A DNA stretch of 64,000 nucleotides from Arenicellales bacterium (lineage in GTDB: Bacteria; Pseudomonadota; Gammaproteobacteria; Arenicellales; JAJDZL01). Of the stretch, positions 37,619-48,073 are shown piece by piece. The translations under genes and the position numbers were made by a program. Under the pieces are notes generated by a model. The model did not search any database. It was not told the origin of the DNA and worked only from the letters and a program-made list of their open reading frames with translations. How positions within the stretch are numbered: the stretch's first letter is position 1; every line of letters begins with the position of its first letter. The stretch covers positions 104,932 through 168,931 of the forward strand of contig CAXXFC010000006.1 of the NCBI GenBank assembly GCA_963662635.2. Reading direction: 5' to 3'.

Positions 37619-39715
37619 ATGACCTTGAAATATGAACACCGGCTGCTTATTTCATATGCGGCCAACATCGCGAAGCACACCAGCTTTCCTTCAAATCAGG
37701 CAAACCAGTTGCTGGAAGAAGTAGCCTCAGGTAGTTCATTCTCAGAAATTCGAGAATGTAATGCCACCAAACATTACTTTGCGTCGCTTCCGGTAGAACT
37801 ATCCAACAAATATGGCTGGCGCAAGCTCAAGGAATTGTTGGAAGACTTGAAAAGGGTAACCGAAAAAATCCCATTTGATGCAATGGCGTTGCGTATTCGT
37901 GAACTCGGCAGATTAATGGAACTGAGTGATGAAGACACCCAGATACTGGAAGCATTCCAGTTTATAGAGCACTCAGGTGTTGAAGATTTTATTTGCTCGT
38001 TGCAGAAAGATCCACCTCGTCGACGCAGTTACTATGAGATCAATCTGGATAATAATCTCATTCCTCATGCACTCGGCATGTCAATAAAGAGTTATAAACG
38101 ACGGCTGCGTTGGAACCTCCCTCTTGTCAGTTCCGGTCTTCTGACTATTGACGAAGATGATGGAGAAGTCAATATTGCTGACCGTTTAAGTCGTCTGAGA
38201 TGGAACACAGACGAAGTTGCTGACGTACGAGAACTGCTTTTGGGAAAGTCAGAGACAACGGACCTGAAATGGTCTGATTATGATTACCTGCGACAGAAAC
38301 GAGACGATGTCGAATCGATTATGAGAGGTGCGATGGAACGTGGTACCAAAGGTGTCAATATCCTCCTCTACGGTCCCGCCGGTGCTGGAAAAACCAGCTT
38401 CTGCAAGGTTTTGGCGCAACGTTTGGGAATGTCACTATTTAGTATCGGCGAAAGTGATGATCGTGGAAATGAGCCGACCAGAAACGAGAGACTCTCGGAA
38501 CTGCGCCTCTCCCAGAATCTGCTGAAAGATGATCGTAACGCTCTTCTGATGCTCGATGAAATGGAGGATGTACTCACTTCGGATTATGGTATGAGTAAAG
38601 GACTGTTTGGATTGTTTGCGCAGTCACGTCGTTCAGGTGGTTCAAAAGTGTATCTGAATCGCCTGCTTGAAAACGCACCTGTACCGACAATTTGGATAGT
38701 GAACGAAGCCGGATTCCTGGATGATCCGATTGTACGGCGTATGGTGCTCGCGGTCGAATTCCAACTACCGCCAACACGTACCCGCGCCGACATCTTGACA
38801 GGCCAGCTGACACGTCACGGAATGGAAATCAGCGACGACGATGCATTGTCAATTGCTGAACAATTTGCGGCCACACCTGGTGTAGTTGAAGGTGCCGCAT
38901 TGGCCGGGGAACTTGGCGGTGGCGATATCGAACTGGTTCGCCGCAGTATGAAAAGTCTGTCCAAGGTTCTTGGTTGTGATAACCCGCGGGCGCTGAGTAA
39001 TCAGGATTTTGACCTGCATCTGGCAAATGCTGATGTTGACCTCATTACAATGACGGAAAACTTGGTGAAAAGCGGAACTCGGCGGTTTTCGCTGTGTTTG
39101 CAGGGGCCTCCTGGAACTGGCAAGAGTGCCTTCGTGCGCTACCTTGCCAGACAAATCGGAATGGAAGTGCATCTTCGTCGAGCGTCTGACCTGTTCGATA
39201 TGTTTGTCGGGCAAACAGAACGCAATATCGCCAAAGCATTTGACAAAGCTATATTCGAAGAGGCGTTTTTAGTTTTCGACGAAGCCGATTCTCTACTGGT
39301 CGACCGCAGTCGTGCGGTTCGCAGCTGGGAAATTTCCCAAGTCAACGAGATGCTAACCTGGATGGAATCGCATCCACTGCCATTCGCCTGTACGACAAAC
39401 CATGCGGATTTACTGGATGCCGCTACGCTTCGTCGCTTTACTTTTAAAGTGACTTTCGATTACATGCGACCGGAACAGGTTGCTACAGCATTCCGTAAAT
39501 GGTTCAAGCTCACGCCACCGCAAAACTTGGCCGCACTTGACATGCTGACTCCCGCAGACTTCGAGGTTGTACGACGTAAGGCTGAAGTGCTGGGAAAATT
39601 GTCTGATAGCGAATCGCTGGTAGCCATGCTCATAGCTGAATGTGAAATCAAACCCGGCAGTACCAAACCGTTCGGATTTGCCGATACCTCGAAATCTGTC
39701 GATCTTCAAGGATAG
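37619..39715 (+). CDS. Tandem AAA+ ATPase (two classic AAA domains) with an uncharacterised ~230-aa N-terminal region
   Basis: Walker A ILLYGPAGAGKTSF with Walker B LLMLDEMED, and a second Walker A LQGPPGTGKSAF with Walker B FLVFDEADSL. The second region of homology is like TTNHADLLDAATLRRF. Confidence 0.8.
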   Translation: MTLKYEHRLLISYAANIAKHTSFPSNQANQLLEEVASGSSFSEIRECNATKHYFASLPVELSNKYGWRKLKELLEDLKRVTEKIPFDAMALRIRELGRLMELSDEDTQILEAFQFIEHSGVEDFICSLQKDPPRRRSYYEINLDNNLIPHALGMSIKSYKRRLRWNLPLVSSGLLTIDEDDGEVNIADRLSRLRWNTDEVADVRELLLGKSETTDLKWSDYDYLRQKRDDVESIMRGAMERGTKGVNILLYGPAGAGKTSFCKVLAQRLGMSLFSIGESDDRGNEPTRNERLSELRLSQNLLKDDRNALLMLDEMEDVLTSDYGMSKGLFGLFAQSRRSGGSKVYLNRLLENAPVPTIWIVNEAGFLDDPIVRRMVLAVEFQLPPTRTRADILTGQLTRHGMEISDDDALSIAEQFAATPGVVEGAALAGELGGGDIELVRRSMKSLSKVLGCDNPRALSNQDFDLHLANADVDLITMTENLVKSGTRRFSLCLQGPPGTGKSAFVRYLARQIGMEVHLRRASDLFDMFVGQTERNIAKAFDKAIFEEAFLVFDEADSLLVDRSRAVRSWEISQVNEMLTWMESHPLPFACTTNHADLLDAATLRRFTFKVTFDYMRPEQVATAFRKWFKLTPPQNLAALDMLTPADFEVVRRKAEVLGKLSDSESLVAMLIAECEIKPGSTKPFGFADTSKSVDLQG

Positions 39716-39945
39716 AGACATCCCAATATTTCGGCAACCGGTATATCAATTCAGATTTCACCATCATGACATACTGTGAAGCGCTTCATTGTTGATAATC
39801 TCCTGTATTTTATTTGTGTATCAACGCGTAAAATTGTTGTCCGGGAAGAACATAATATTTGTGCTTAGATATAGCATTGGGAACTGAATGAATATCTTTG
39901 TCATTTTTGATTTTCATAGTTTCTCTGTAACAAGACAAAATTGAT

Positions 39946-40962
39946 ATGCGTAAATCTGTAGAAACAACGATGCGTTTCATCGCGACCCTTCAGGCTATCC
40001 CGGTTCATCCCCGGAGCAAAAGCGCGCTTCAAATCCAGAAAGAGTTAAGAGACATAAACCCCGATTATGCTGTCGATGTCCGTTCGGTTCAACGTAGCCT
40101 ACTGCAAATCAGTCGCGCGTATCCAATCAACTATGTCACGCGCAATCGTACCCATTATTGGTTCTGGATCGACAAAAATGCCCTCACACAAATTCCGGCG
40201 ATGAGTGAACAAACGGCATTTGCATTGCGTCTTGCGGACGAATACCTGCGACCGATCATTCCATCGGAAACTCTGAATCTGCTGGAAAAATACTTCAAGC
40301 AAGCTGACGAAGTTCTCGGCAATACTGAATTAAATAACTTCTCCGACCGAGTAGCTATCGTACAGACAGGACTGACATTGAAATCGCCGGCAGTTTCCGA
40401 AGAGGTGCGGGATGCTGTCTTCCGAGCAGTATTGAAAAAGAGAAAACTAAAACTACTGTATCGCGGCAAGCACAAGAAACATCCACGAATTTTTGTTCTC
40501 GATCCGCTAGGTGTTGTCGTTCGCACCAGCATGACCTATCTGGTCGCTACAGCTGAAAATTATGAGGATGTCCGACATTATGTACTCCATCGAATGAGCG
40601 AAGTGCGTGTGCTAAGTGAACCAATGGAGGAGTTGGCGGATTTCGACCTAAATAGATATTTGAATGACTACAGTTCATTTGCCTATCCGTTAAGCAATCA
40701 AACCATTGCGCTTCGCGCGAGATTTGATTCCGAAGCCGGCGCGCATCTCACCGAGTGCAATCTCTCGCATGATCACCGCGCGACAGAACAGGCAGATGGA
40801 CAGATCCTGTTGGAGGCTACGGTTGCCGACACTGCACAACTACGTTGGTGGTTGGCAGCCTTCGGCAGTCAAGTGGAGGTATTGGAGCCGTCTTCTTTAC
40901 GAGAAGAGTTTCTGGCTGAAACTCGACAACTAGCCGAAATCTATGGGGCAGATTCAGAATAG
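39946..40962 (+). CDS. HTH-WYL-WCX transcriptional regulator
   Basis: 338 aa: an N-terminal wHTH-like segment and a central WYL-type region (LKLLYRGKHKKHPRIFVLDPLGVVVRTSMTYLVATAENYEDVRHYVLHRMSEV). The C-terminus is WCX-like (LRWWLAAFGSQVEVLEP..LR). Confidence 0.75.
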   Translation: MRKSVETTMRFIATLQAIPVHPRSKSALQIQKELRDINPDYAVDVRSVQRSLLQISRAYPINYVTRNRTHYWFWIDKNALTQIPAMSEQTAFALRLADEYLRPIIPSETLNLLEKYFKQADEVLGNTELNNFSDRVAIVQTGLTLKSPAVSEEVRDAVFRAVLKKRKLKLLYRGKHKKHPRIFVLDPLGVVVRTSMTYLVATAENYEDVRHYVLHRMSEVRVLSEPMEELADFDLNRYLNDYSSFAYPLSNQTIALRARFDSEAGAHLTECNLSHDHRATEQADGQILLEATVADTAQLRWWLAAFGSQVEVLEPSSLREEFLAETRQLAEIYGADSE

Positions 40963-41061
40963 ACCGGCGTGCGATACTGCCAACACAACGCATGGGTACC
41001 ATCGATATAGAATCTGTTTCTTGCTGATTCCGGAAACAGTACAGACTCCGGCGTAGTCACC

Positions 41062-42192
41062 TCAGTCTGACTCGTACTGTTTCATGAATTCCGGTGCTAA
41101 AGAACGCAAACGCTTTTTGCTCATGCGTCCGGACCGCATCAAGTAGTCGAGCGCAAACTCATTCGGTGACTGCGCCATTTTCCTATCAAATTGATCGTAC
41201 CAATTCGCCGACGCGTTGGCGGCCACAACAATTTTATTCACTATCGCACGTCGATTCTCATCGTACGCGGCCAGCGCATTTTCAACTGTCTCATTTGAAT
41301 CGAGCATGCGGACCAGCGCGATCACGTCTTCCATTGCCAGACGGGTTCCAGAGCCTATCGAATAGTGTGCCGTATGAGCCGCATCTCCAATCAGAACCCG
41401 ATTTTTTGAATACCATCGGTCGCACCAAAGTTTGGGAAACCGGCGCCAGACAGACTTGTTGGTTACCAGTGAAGCTCCTCCGAGAACATGTGTGAAAAGC
41501 TCGGAGCAAATCTGAGCACTTTCGATCTCACCGATCTTGTGGAAGCCGAAAGACTCGTAGGTGCGGGCGCCACATTCGACAATAAAAGTGCTCATGGAGT
41601 TTTCGTATCTGTAGTGATGGGCATTCAATGGACCATGATCGCTTTCAATGAATGTTTGAGTCAATGTTTCAAAGCGCACTGCAGTCCCAAACCATGCAAA
41701 ATAGTTGTTCGCATATTTAATTTCTGGTTGATAAACTTCATGATCAGCTTGTCGAACCACCGAATTCAGTCCATCTGCGCCAATTATCAGATCTCCATCT
41801 AGTTCACTCAGTGAAGTGACCGCTCTGCCGTATCGAATTTCAGCACCCAAGGCTCTCGCCTGTGCACTCAGAATTTCAAGCAATCTCAATCGTCCAACAG
41901 CTGTAAATCCCACTCCATCAAGCGTAATCTGCCCTTCCGGCAGATTGAGCGTCATATTCCGCCAACTCTGCATTTCAGGAAGAATCAGACCATGAACCTC
42001 CGGACCGTCGTGCTCCATAAAGTCCAGCGCTCTATCTGAAAACACGACCCCAAATCCAAATGTAGCCCCCTCCTGATTCTGTTCTGTCACGCGCACACTC
42101 AAATGTGGGAAATATCTGCGAAGAAGAATCGCCGCACAGAGTCCTGCCGGTCCACCTCCTACAATATCGACACTGGAAAGATTGACTGCCAT
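41062..42192 (-). CDS. FAD-dependent aromatic (acyl-CoA) hydroxylase, similar to the FAD domain of salicylyl-/anthraniloyl-CoA monooxygenases
   Basis: VDIVGGGPAGL, GFGVVFSD, GADG.NS and LIGDAAHTAHYSIGSGTRLAMEDVIAL. The protein stops after the FAD domain, so there is no fused OYE-type reductase domain. Confidence 0.7.
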   Translation of the reverse strand: MAVNLSSVDIVGGGPAGLCAAILLRRYFPHLSVRVTEQNQEGATFGFGVVFSDRALDFMEHDGPEVHGLILPEMQSWRNMTLNLPEGQITLDGVGFTAVGRLRLLEILSAQARALGAEIRYGRAVTSLSELDGDLIIGADGLNSVVRQADHEVYQPEIKYANNYFAWFGTAVRFETLTQTFIESDHGPLNAHHYRYENSMSTFIVECGARTYESFGFHKIGEIESAQICSELFTHVLGGASLVTNKSVWRRFPKLWCDRWYSKNRVLIGDAAHTAHYSIGSGTRLAMEDVIALVRMLDSNETVENALAAYDENRRAIVNKIVVAANASANWYDQFDRKMAQSPNEFALDYLMRSGRMSKKRLRSLAPEFMKQYESD

Positions 42193-42309
42193 TGGCTCAA
42201 ATTTTTGTATCGAATTGGTGCGAACAATAAAGGACGGTTATCGGGTCGCGAATAAATCGGAAAAAATTAAATTCTGACCGGAAATGCCGATTTTCCGACA
42301 ACAGCTACT

Positions 42310-43095
42310 TTACTCCCCCTTCCAGTTGGCATCGCGTTTTTCGGCGAATGATTTTGGCCCTTCCATGGCATCCTCGGATGCCATCATTCTCTGATAGCTT
42401 TCGAATTCACCTTCATGCAGCATCCGGTAACACTCCTCGATGCTGACATCCTCAGTTTTGCGAAGAATTTCCTTGACGGCTGCGACTACCAACGGCGCAC
42501 CTTCGGCGATAACAGAAGCTAGTTCACGCGCCGACTGCATCAACTGATCCTGGCTGACAACCTGATTGACAAGTCCCCATTCATGTGCTTCCTGCGCAGA
42601 CATTCGCCTTCCGGTCAGCAACATCTCAACCGCAATCGCCCTCGGAATCTGTCTCGGTAAGCGAAACGAAGCGGCGTCAGCAACTACGCCGACCTTAATT
42701 TCGGGAAGAAAGAACTGCGCATGCTCAGCTGCGATGATCATGTCCGACGACAACGCAATCTCAAAGCCACCACCAACCGCGTAACCGTTGACAGCACTGA
42801 TCACAGGCTTGTCGAGATCGTGCAGTTCCGTTATTCCAGCGAATCCTCCGGGTCCATAATCATCATCAAACCCCGCGTTTCCTTCCGCGACTTCCTTGAG
42901 ATCCCATCCGGCAGAAAAAAACCTGTCACCGGCACCAGTGATAATCGCGACTTTCAATCCCGGGTCATCTCGAAATTCGCATAGAATCTTACCCATCGTG
43001 CGACTGGTTTCAAGATCAATCGCATTCGCCTTGGGTCGATTGATCGTAATCTCCAAGATTGAATTGTTCTTTGCAGTTAAAACCCTTTCACTCAT
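42310..43095 (-). CDS. Crotonase-family enoyl-CoA hydratase, CaiD (carnitinyl-CoA dehydratase)-like
   Basis: Collinear with remembered E. coli CaiD ([13 protein letters not shown]...FFSAGWDLK...GPGGFAG.TE...LDKPVI.AVNGYA.GGGFE.AL, FAEKRD..WKG). Confidence 0.8.
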   Translation of the reverse strand: MSERVLTAKNNSILEITINRPKANAIDLETSRTMGKILCEFRDDPGLKVAIITGAGDRFFSAGWDLKEVAEGNAGFDDDYGPGGFAGITELHDLDKPVISAVNGYAVGGGFEIALSSDMIIAAEHAQFFLPEIKVGVVADAASFRLPRQIPRAIAVEMLLTGRRMSAQEAHEWGLVNQVVSQDQLMQSARELASVIAEGAPLVVAAVKEILRKTEDVSIEECYRMLHEGEFESYQRMMASEDAMEGPKSFAEKRDANWKGE

Positions 43096-43674
43096 TCCCT
43101 GAATAACTCCTCACTAAAAATAAAAATATTTGCCTCTCAAGATAAATTTGACATCATCGTATCGACGGCACGTCGCCTTCGCGACAATCACAACAGAAAC
43201 TGTGGTTCATTGGAATTAACAGTTATCTTAACGCTGAGTAAAGGAAAATAGAACACGGTGACGGTGGCTATTCCAACGAAAATGAATAATGATTCCAGTT
43301 AAAGTGGAACTCTTACCAGGTGAAAACGCTGATTCGCTGTCAAGTGATTCACAATTTTCTTTCAGCAGTGTTGCAATCCATTTTCTGTTCAAGTCAAGTT
43401 CCGCGGTAATGCAATCACGACAATTCGATGTTCGGGTCAGGTAACGTGCGGAGATAAGTCGGTGCATAAGATTGTGTGAAAATGGTCGCTTCGCGAAAAT
43501 AAAAGCGGCTTTCCGATTTCCAAACATAAATTTTCTATAATTGCTCGCCTCTGACCACGCGGACAACATTTTGGGGATTCGCGATTGGGCATGATGATCA
43601 TTTCAGATCGTTCAATGCCGGTCGATGCGGGCGACTATTCCAACCCTTCCAAATCACCGGGTGTGTTCAATCGA

Positions 43675-45345
43675 TCATCTCCAGGCCACGACATTCCGTA
43701 ATCGTCGCCAGACCGGACTGTCTCCCTCAGCCCCGGATTCAGGCAGCTCCCGGGCAGACTCTGCGCGCAAGTCCAAAAGATTGCGCTCCTCACCACCGAA
43801 CACCATGGCAACCAGATGAACCTCGCCACCTTGGCCGCGATACTGATCCCCGTAGCCGCGATCTCTCATCTGCCGCATCGCCGCATCAAGTGCCCTGTCG
43901 ATCCTGTGCCCGTGCCTGCCCCCGACCAGCTTCGTCTCGATCACATACACCTCGCCGGCATGCGTGACCACCAGGTCCGCCTTGCCCCGGTTCGACGCCA
44001 CCTCCCTCTGAACATCCGCTCCCACCGCCAGCAGGTACGTCTGCAGCACAATGAGATAGTGACTCTCCGATTCGGCTTTGCCGCTTTTGCGGTACCAGTC
44101 GTGCGGAATCGCCGCATACACAGCTCGCAACCGCTCGGCCAGCCCGCCGAAATCTTTCGACTCCAGACAGCCCAGCACAGCGTTTGCGTCACGACTCACG
44201 GCCTCCGCATCGCACCCCACATAAGCCAGAAGACCCGCGTTGAATCTCACACTCACCTCAAGGTTCGGATACTCCAGGGTGTAGATCGTATCCGGGCCGA
44301 CACGCTGCTGTTCTCCCACCGTCAGATACCCCGACTGGAACATCAGCGCGCGAAGATCGATGTCCCCGACATCAAACTGGACCAGCTGCTCCTTGGTGAC
44401 CGTTCCACCGTCAAACTCCATCAGCGGATAATTCCTCTCCCTGATCAGCCGGTACAGATAGGTCGGTGTCCCGCTCTGAAACCAATATGATTCAAATTGC
44501 CTTTTTTTCAACAGAAACAGGATGTCCCAGGGATTGTAGAGCCAGTGCTCGCCCAGCCAGTTGTAGCCGTTATACCAGCGACGGATCTCCTCGCGGTCCA
44601 ATCCCTCGAGCTCTGGCGCGAACACCGTGTCAAGCTCGTCATCGGTGAATCCGCAGATCGACGCATAGCGGGGATCCAGGGAGATGTCCTCAAGATTGTT
44701 CAGCCCGGAGAACAGGCTGACCTTCGAGAACATCGTGATGCCGGTGACAAACACAAACCTGACATGTCGGGCACAGCCCTTAATGATGCCGTAGAACCCC
44801 CGGAGGTAGTCCCGGTTCGCCCTCGCCAGCTCAGGGTTGTCCAAGACATCCAGGATCGGCTTGTCATACTCATCGACCAGTACCACCACCTGCTGACCGG
44901 CGCTCTGATGCAAACGATGAATCAGCGCTTCCAAATGATGTGATGCATTGATGCCGGTCTCACCTGTCTCAATACCGGCATCATCCGCAATCCGTTTCAA
45001 CTTGCCATGAATGTGCTGATCAATCTCTTCGGGACTGTTGTACTGACCGTCAAAACTCAGCCGCACGACAGGATGCCGGACCGACCAGTCCCAGCTGTCG
45101 TGGATCGCAAGCCCGCGGAACAAGTCCTCCTCGCCTGCGAAAAGCTCATGCAGGGTGTCGACCAGAAGACTCTTGCCGAAACGGCGCGGACGGGAAAGGA
45201 AATAGTGGCTCTCCAGACCGCCCGTCAATTGATGGATCAGGGAAGTCTTGTCAACGTAGTAGCCGTTGCCTTCGCGGAGCGTGCGGAAACTTTGAATTCC
45301 GGTCGGAATGAACTTGCGCTCATCAACTTTCTGTCTTTCACCCAT
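43675..45345 (-). CDS. AAA-ATPase_like (PF09820-type) + PDDEXK_9 nuclease-fold protein
   Basis: The N-terminus FIPTGIQSFRTLREGNGYYVDKTSLIHQL...FLSRPRRFGKSLLVDTL is the remembered hallmark of this family. The C-terminus EVASNRGKADLVVTHAGEVYVIETK is a PD-(D/E)xK pattern. The gene is markedly GC-rich. Confidence 0.8.
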   Translation of the reverse strand: MGERQKVDERKFIPTGIQSFRTLREGNGYYVDKTSLIHQLTGGLESHYFLSRPRRFGKSLLVDTLHELFAGEEDLFRGLAIHDSWDWSVRHPVVRLSFDGQYNSPEEIDQHIHGKLKRIADDAGIETGETGINASHHLEALIHRLHQSAGQQVVVLVDEYDKPILDVLDNPELARANRDYLRGFYGIIKGCARHVRFVFVTGITMFSKVSLFSGLNNLEDISLDPRYASICGFTDDELDTVFAPELEGLDREEIRRWYNGYNWLGEHWLYNPWDILFLLKKRQFESYWFQSGTPTYLYRLIRERNYPLMEFDGGTVTKEQLVQFDVGDIDLRALMFQSGYLTVGEQQRVGPDTIYTLEYPNLEVSVRFNAGLLAYVGCDAEAVSRDANAVLGCLESKDFGGLAERLRAVYAAIPHDWYRKSGKAESESHYLIVLQTYLLAVGADVQREVASNRGKADLVVTHAGEVYVIETKLVGGRHGHRIDRALDAAMRQMRDRGYGDQYRGQGGEVHLVAMVFGGEERNLLDLRAESARELPESGAEGDSPVWRRLRNVVAWR

Positions 45346-45750
45346 GACTCAGTCCATAGACATTGTTTGTGCGCTGAACATGAGTATATCAGACCTGGTC
45401 TCATTGGAAGATGAGAGGGACCACTGACATTATCCGAAGCGGTGGAATGTTCGTTTCCGGTGAGATTCCGGAGCCGGACATCTGTGGCCTGTGAATGCTG
45501 TCGAAAAACTGAAACGGGGCGTGGGATGCCTGCGGAGCAGATGATCGGTAAGCGGTTACTTTCAAAATATAAATTTTTTACTTCATGTTAACTTTTTGTA
45601 TAAGATCTGAATCGATGAGAGAGATTAGTTGGTTGACTGGACGTAGGCCAGTCGGGATTCGAACTCGCAAGCCCAACTGATTTGTCCAGTTGAAGCCGGG
45701 ACAGTGTCAGTGTCCAGTGTATACCGTTCCACCACTTGCCCATCGAATCG

Positions 45751-45787
45751 GGGGAGATAGTTTTCTTAATGCCCTCCCCGTTTTTTA
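45751..45787 (+). terminator. Possible intrinsic terminator hairpin
   Basis: GGGGAG (45751..45756) pairs with CTCCCC (45774..45779) across a 17-nt loop, followed by G and TTTTTTAT. No annotated plus-strand gene lies upstream, so its role is unclear. Confidence 0.3.
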
Positions 45788-46015
45788 TGGCAATTCAATT
45801 ACAGATAACACGCTTCTTATTCTGGAAAATATTCCATTCTGCTTAGCTCTGCATTACAAAATCTAACCCCCTAGATGTGTCCAGCCAATCGACTAATGTC
45901 GGCTACGTCAACTCGTGCTGTTCCGAATTTGTGAGTGTCACGACATATCATTCCGTAAACAATTTGGCCCGACTGTCTGAAATCATCAGAGTGTTCATTC
46001 AAAGTCTTGCTTGAC

Positions 46016-48073
46016 TCACTCGTATCTTCGAATCACCGCATCAATTACGAGAGCATCTTGATTCTTCGGATAAACAAATAGCGGATTAATTTCGAGTTCA
46101 TTTATCCGATTGGATTCATCAGCGGCAAAATCTGCTATCCGAATCAATGCTGAAACGACCATATCCAATTCGAGATGTTCATCCCGATACCCCGAAAATA
46201 ACCTGCCGATCTTCAATTGGGTCAACGCTTGTCGTATATCCTCCGGTTGTATGGGAAAAAATACAACTGCTGCATCATCAATGAGCTCGGTTAGTTTTCC
46301 TCCTTGGCCAATAATCATGATTCGGCCAAAATGCTTGTCTTTCCGTATACCGACCAGGACTTCCAAGGAAGGCTCGGAGGCCATTTCCTCAATGAGAAAT
46401 TGATTGCTGATCTGATTTAGTGAAACAATTGCGTCATTCAGACTTTCAACTGATTGAATGTTAACAAATACGCCTCCAGAATCCGTTTTGTGCACGATAT
46501 CTGCAGAACATGCCTTTGCAACGACCGGATAGGAAAAGTTGCGAGCAATGTAAGCAGCTTCACTAAAGTCCGATGCAAGCTGACCCCGAACAATATTGAT
46601 TCCACGTTCTCGCAACAGTTGCTTGGCTTCAAATTCACTTAGAGTAACTGAGTTGCCACTGTCAGTCGGCATCAGTGGTTTCAAAGATCGCAAGTTCTCT
46701 CGCACCGATGCGAATTTAATGCAATCAGATATGACTTGAACGCATTCGTGCATCCCAAGCATCGGTGCAATACCGTTATCGATCAGTTTCTGTTGAACAA
46801 TTGCAGGGAAATTCTCGTGCATCGTTGCGACGACTGCGACACGGGCATCGGTTACTTTCTTGGCATCAATGATCGCCTGAACCGCAAAATCCCATTCAGT
46901 CGTATCGCATATTCCCGGTTCGGGGTAATCAAATACTTTAATGTTCGTCGCTTGACTCCCTTCAAACACCGCTTGGAAACATTTTTTCTGAGCATCCTGA
47001 TTTCCCCAGATGTACGTGTGGTAATCCAGGGGATTCGAAATGACTACTCGATCACCCAGCACTCCATACAACTGACTTTGCTGGGCCGATGTAAGTCTGG
47101 GAAACTCCAACCCAAAAGATTCTGCCAGATCAGCTACCAGAGCTGCTTCACCGCCTGAACAGCTGATCGAGGCAATCGTCCTGTCGACAACGGGGGATAG
47201 AACGGATACGAATTTCAGGGTTTCCAGAAACTGAGGAATGCTATGAACCTGAATCATTCCGAATTTTTCGAAAAACGCCCTGCTGAGTGCTTTGTCACCT
47301 GACATCGAATGAGAGTGAGTCAATGTTACACCGGCCCCGACTGCCGAAAAGCCCGATTGCAATACTACAATCGGAATATTGCGCTCCAGCGCACGAATTG
47401 CAGCTTCGGACAAGGCTGCGGCATCCGGAATCTGCTCGAGATATAGCCCGATGGCGGTGATATCCGGGTTCTCCAGCATGACATTGATGTAATCGTGAGT
47501 CTTCAGGCCTGCCATATTTCCGGTTGAAATCAGAAAGGCAATAGGTACCCCTCGTCGCTGCATCGTAAGATTGATGGATATATTCCCGCTCTGGCTGATG
47601 ATCGCGACACCCCGCTTACACCGTTTACCACCCTGCTCGTCCGGCCACAGTGCCACGCCATCCTGAAAGTTAAGAAGACCGTAACAATTCGGGCCGATTA
47701 GTGGCATCCCATCTGAAACCTTCTCCAATCGACGTTGCAGGTGCTCTCCGTCTTTCCCCACTTCGGCAAACCCGGAGGCATAGCACACCACACCACCTGT
47801 ACCTATCGAGGAAAGATGTTCAACCGCATCCACAGTCGCCTCATTGGGAATGGCAACGAACGCCGCATCGGGAATTTTCGGTAAATCCTGCAAAGAAGGA
47901 TAGCAGTCACGCGATTCGATTTGCGTTCTCTTTGGGTTCACCGGCCAGATTTCACCGCTGTATCCAAGACGGTCGCACTGAATGATGGCGCGGCGAACCT
48001 GCTCTCCACCGATCATGGCGATATGACGGGGATGAAGTAGTCGCTGAATGTCTGTTCGGTTAGGACTGTTCAA
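46016..48073 (-). CDS. ADP-forming acyl-CoA synthetase family protein (CoA-binding + ATP-grasp)
   Basis: LLHPRHIAMIGG...IWPVNPKR CoA-binding start, a succinyl-CoA-ligase-like middle and a C-terminal ATP-grasp (YPVVAK...HKTDSGGV). The likely start is TTG 48073, overlapping the upstream stop (TTGA). The listed start 48160 would overlap the upstream gene by 90 nt. Confidence 0.75.
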   Translation of the reverse strand: MNSPNRTDIQRLLHPRHIAMIGGEQVRRAIIQCDRLGYSGEIWPVNPKRTQIESRDCYPSLQDLPKIPDAAFVAIPNEATVDAVEHLSSIGTGGVVCYASGFAEVGKDGEHLQRRLEKVSDGMPLIGPNCYGLLNFQDGVALWPDEQGGKRCKRGVAIISQSGNISINLTMQRRGVPIAFLISTGNMAGLKTHDYINVMLENPDITAIGLYLEQIPDAAALSEAAIRALERNIPIVVLQSGFSAVGAGVTLTHSHSMSGDKALSRAFFEKFGMIQVHSIPQFLETLKFVSVLSPVVDRTIASISCSGGEAALVADLAESFGLEFPRLTSAQQSQLYGVLGDRVVISNPLDYHTYIWGNQDAQKKCFQAVFEGSQATNIKVFDYPEPGICDTTEWDFAVQAIIDAKKVTDARVAVVATMHENFPAIVQQKLIDNGIAPMLGMHECVQVISDCIKFASVRENLRSLKPLMPTDSGNSVTLSEFEAKQLLRERGINIVRGQLASDFSEAAYIARNFSYPVVAKACSADIVHKTDSGGVFVNIQSVESLNDAIVSLNQISNQFLIEEMASEPSLEVLVGIRKDKHFGRIMIIGQGGKLTELIDDAAVVFFPIQPEDIRQALTQLKIGRLFSGYRDEHLELDMVVSALIRIADFAADESNRINELEINPLFVYPKNQDALVIDAVIRRYE

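Noticed and set aside
43228-43569. A 113-aa minus-strand ORF between the crotonase gene and the GC-rich patch.
   Set aside because: It has no recognisable motif or ribosome-binding site, and its composition is odd. It could be a gene fragment, but I cannot support a call.
45635-45740. A functional tRNA gene on the minus strand (GTTCGAATC T-loop, anticodon-like loops).
   Set aside because: No 7-bp acceptor stem can be paired, and the T-stem has two mismatches. The spacing between arms is far too long for either a class I or a class II tRNA. It is kept only as a remnant or structured-RNA candidate.
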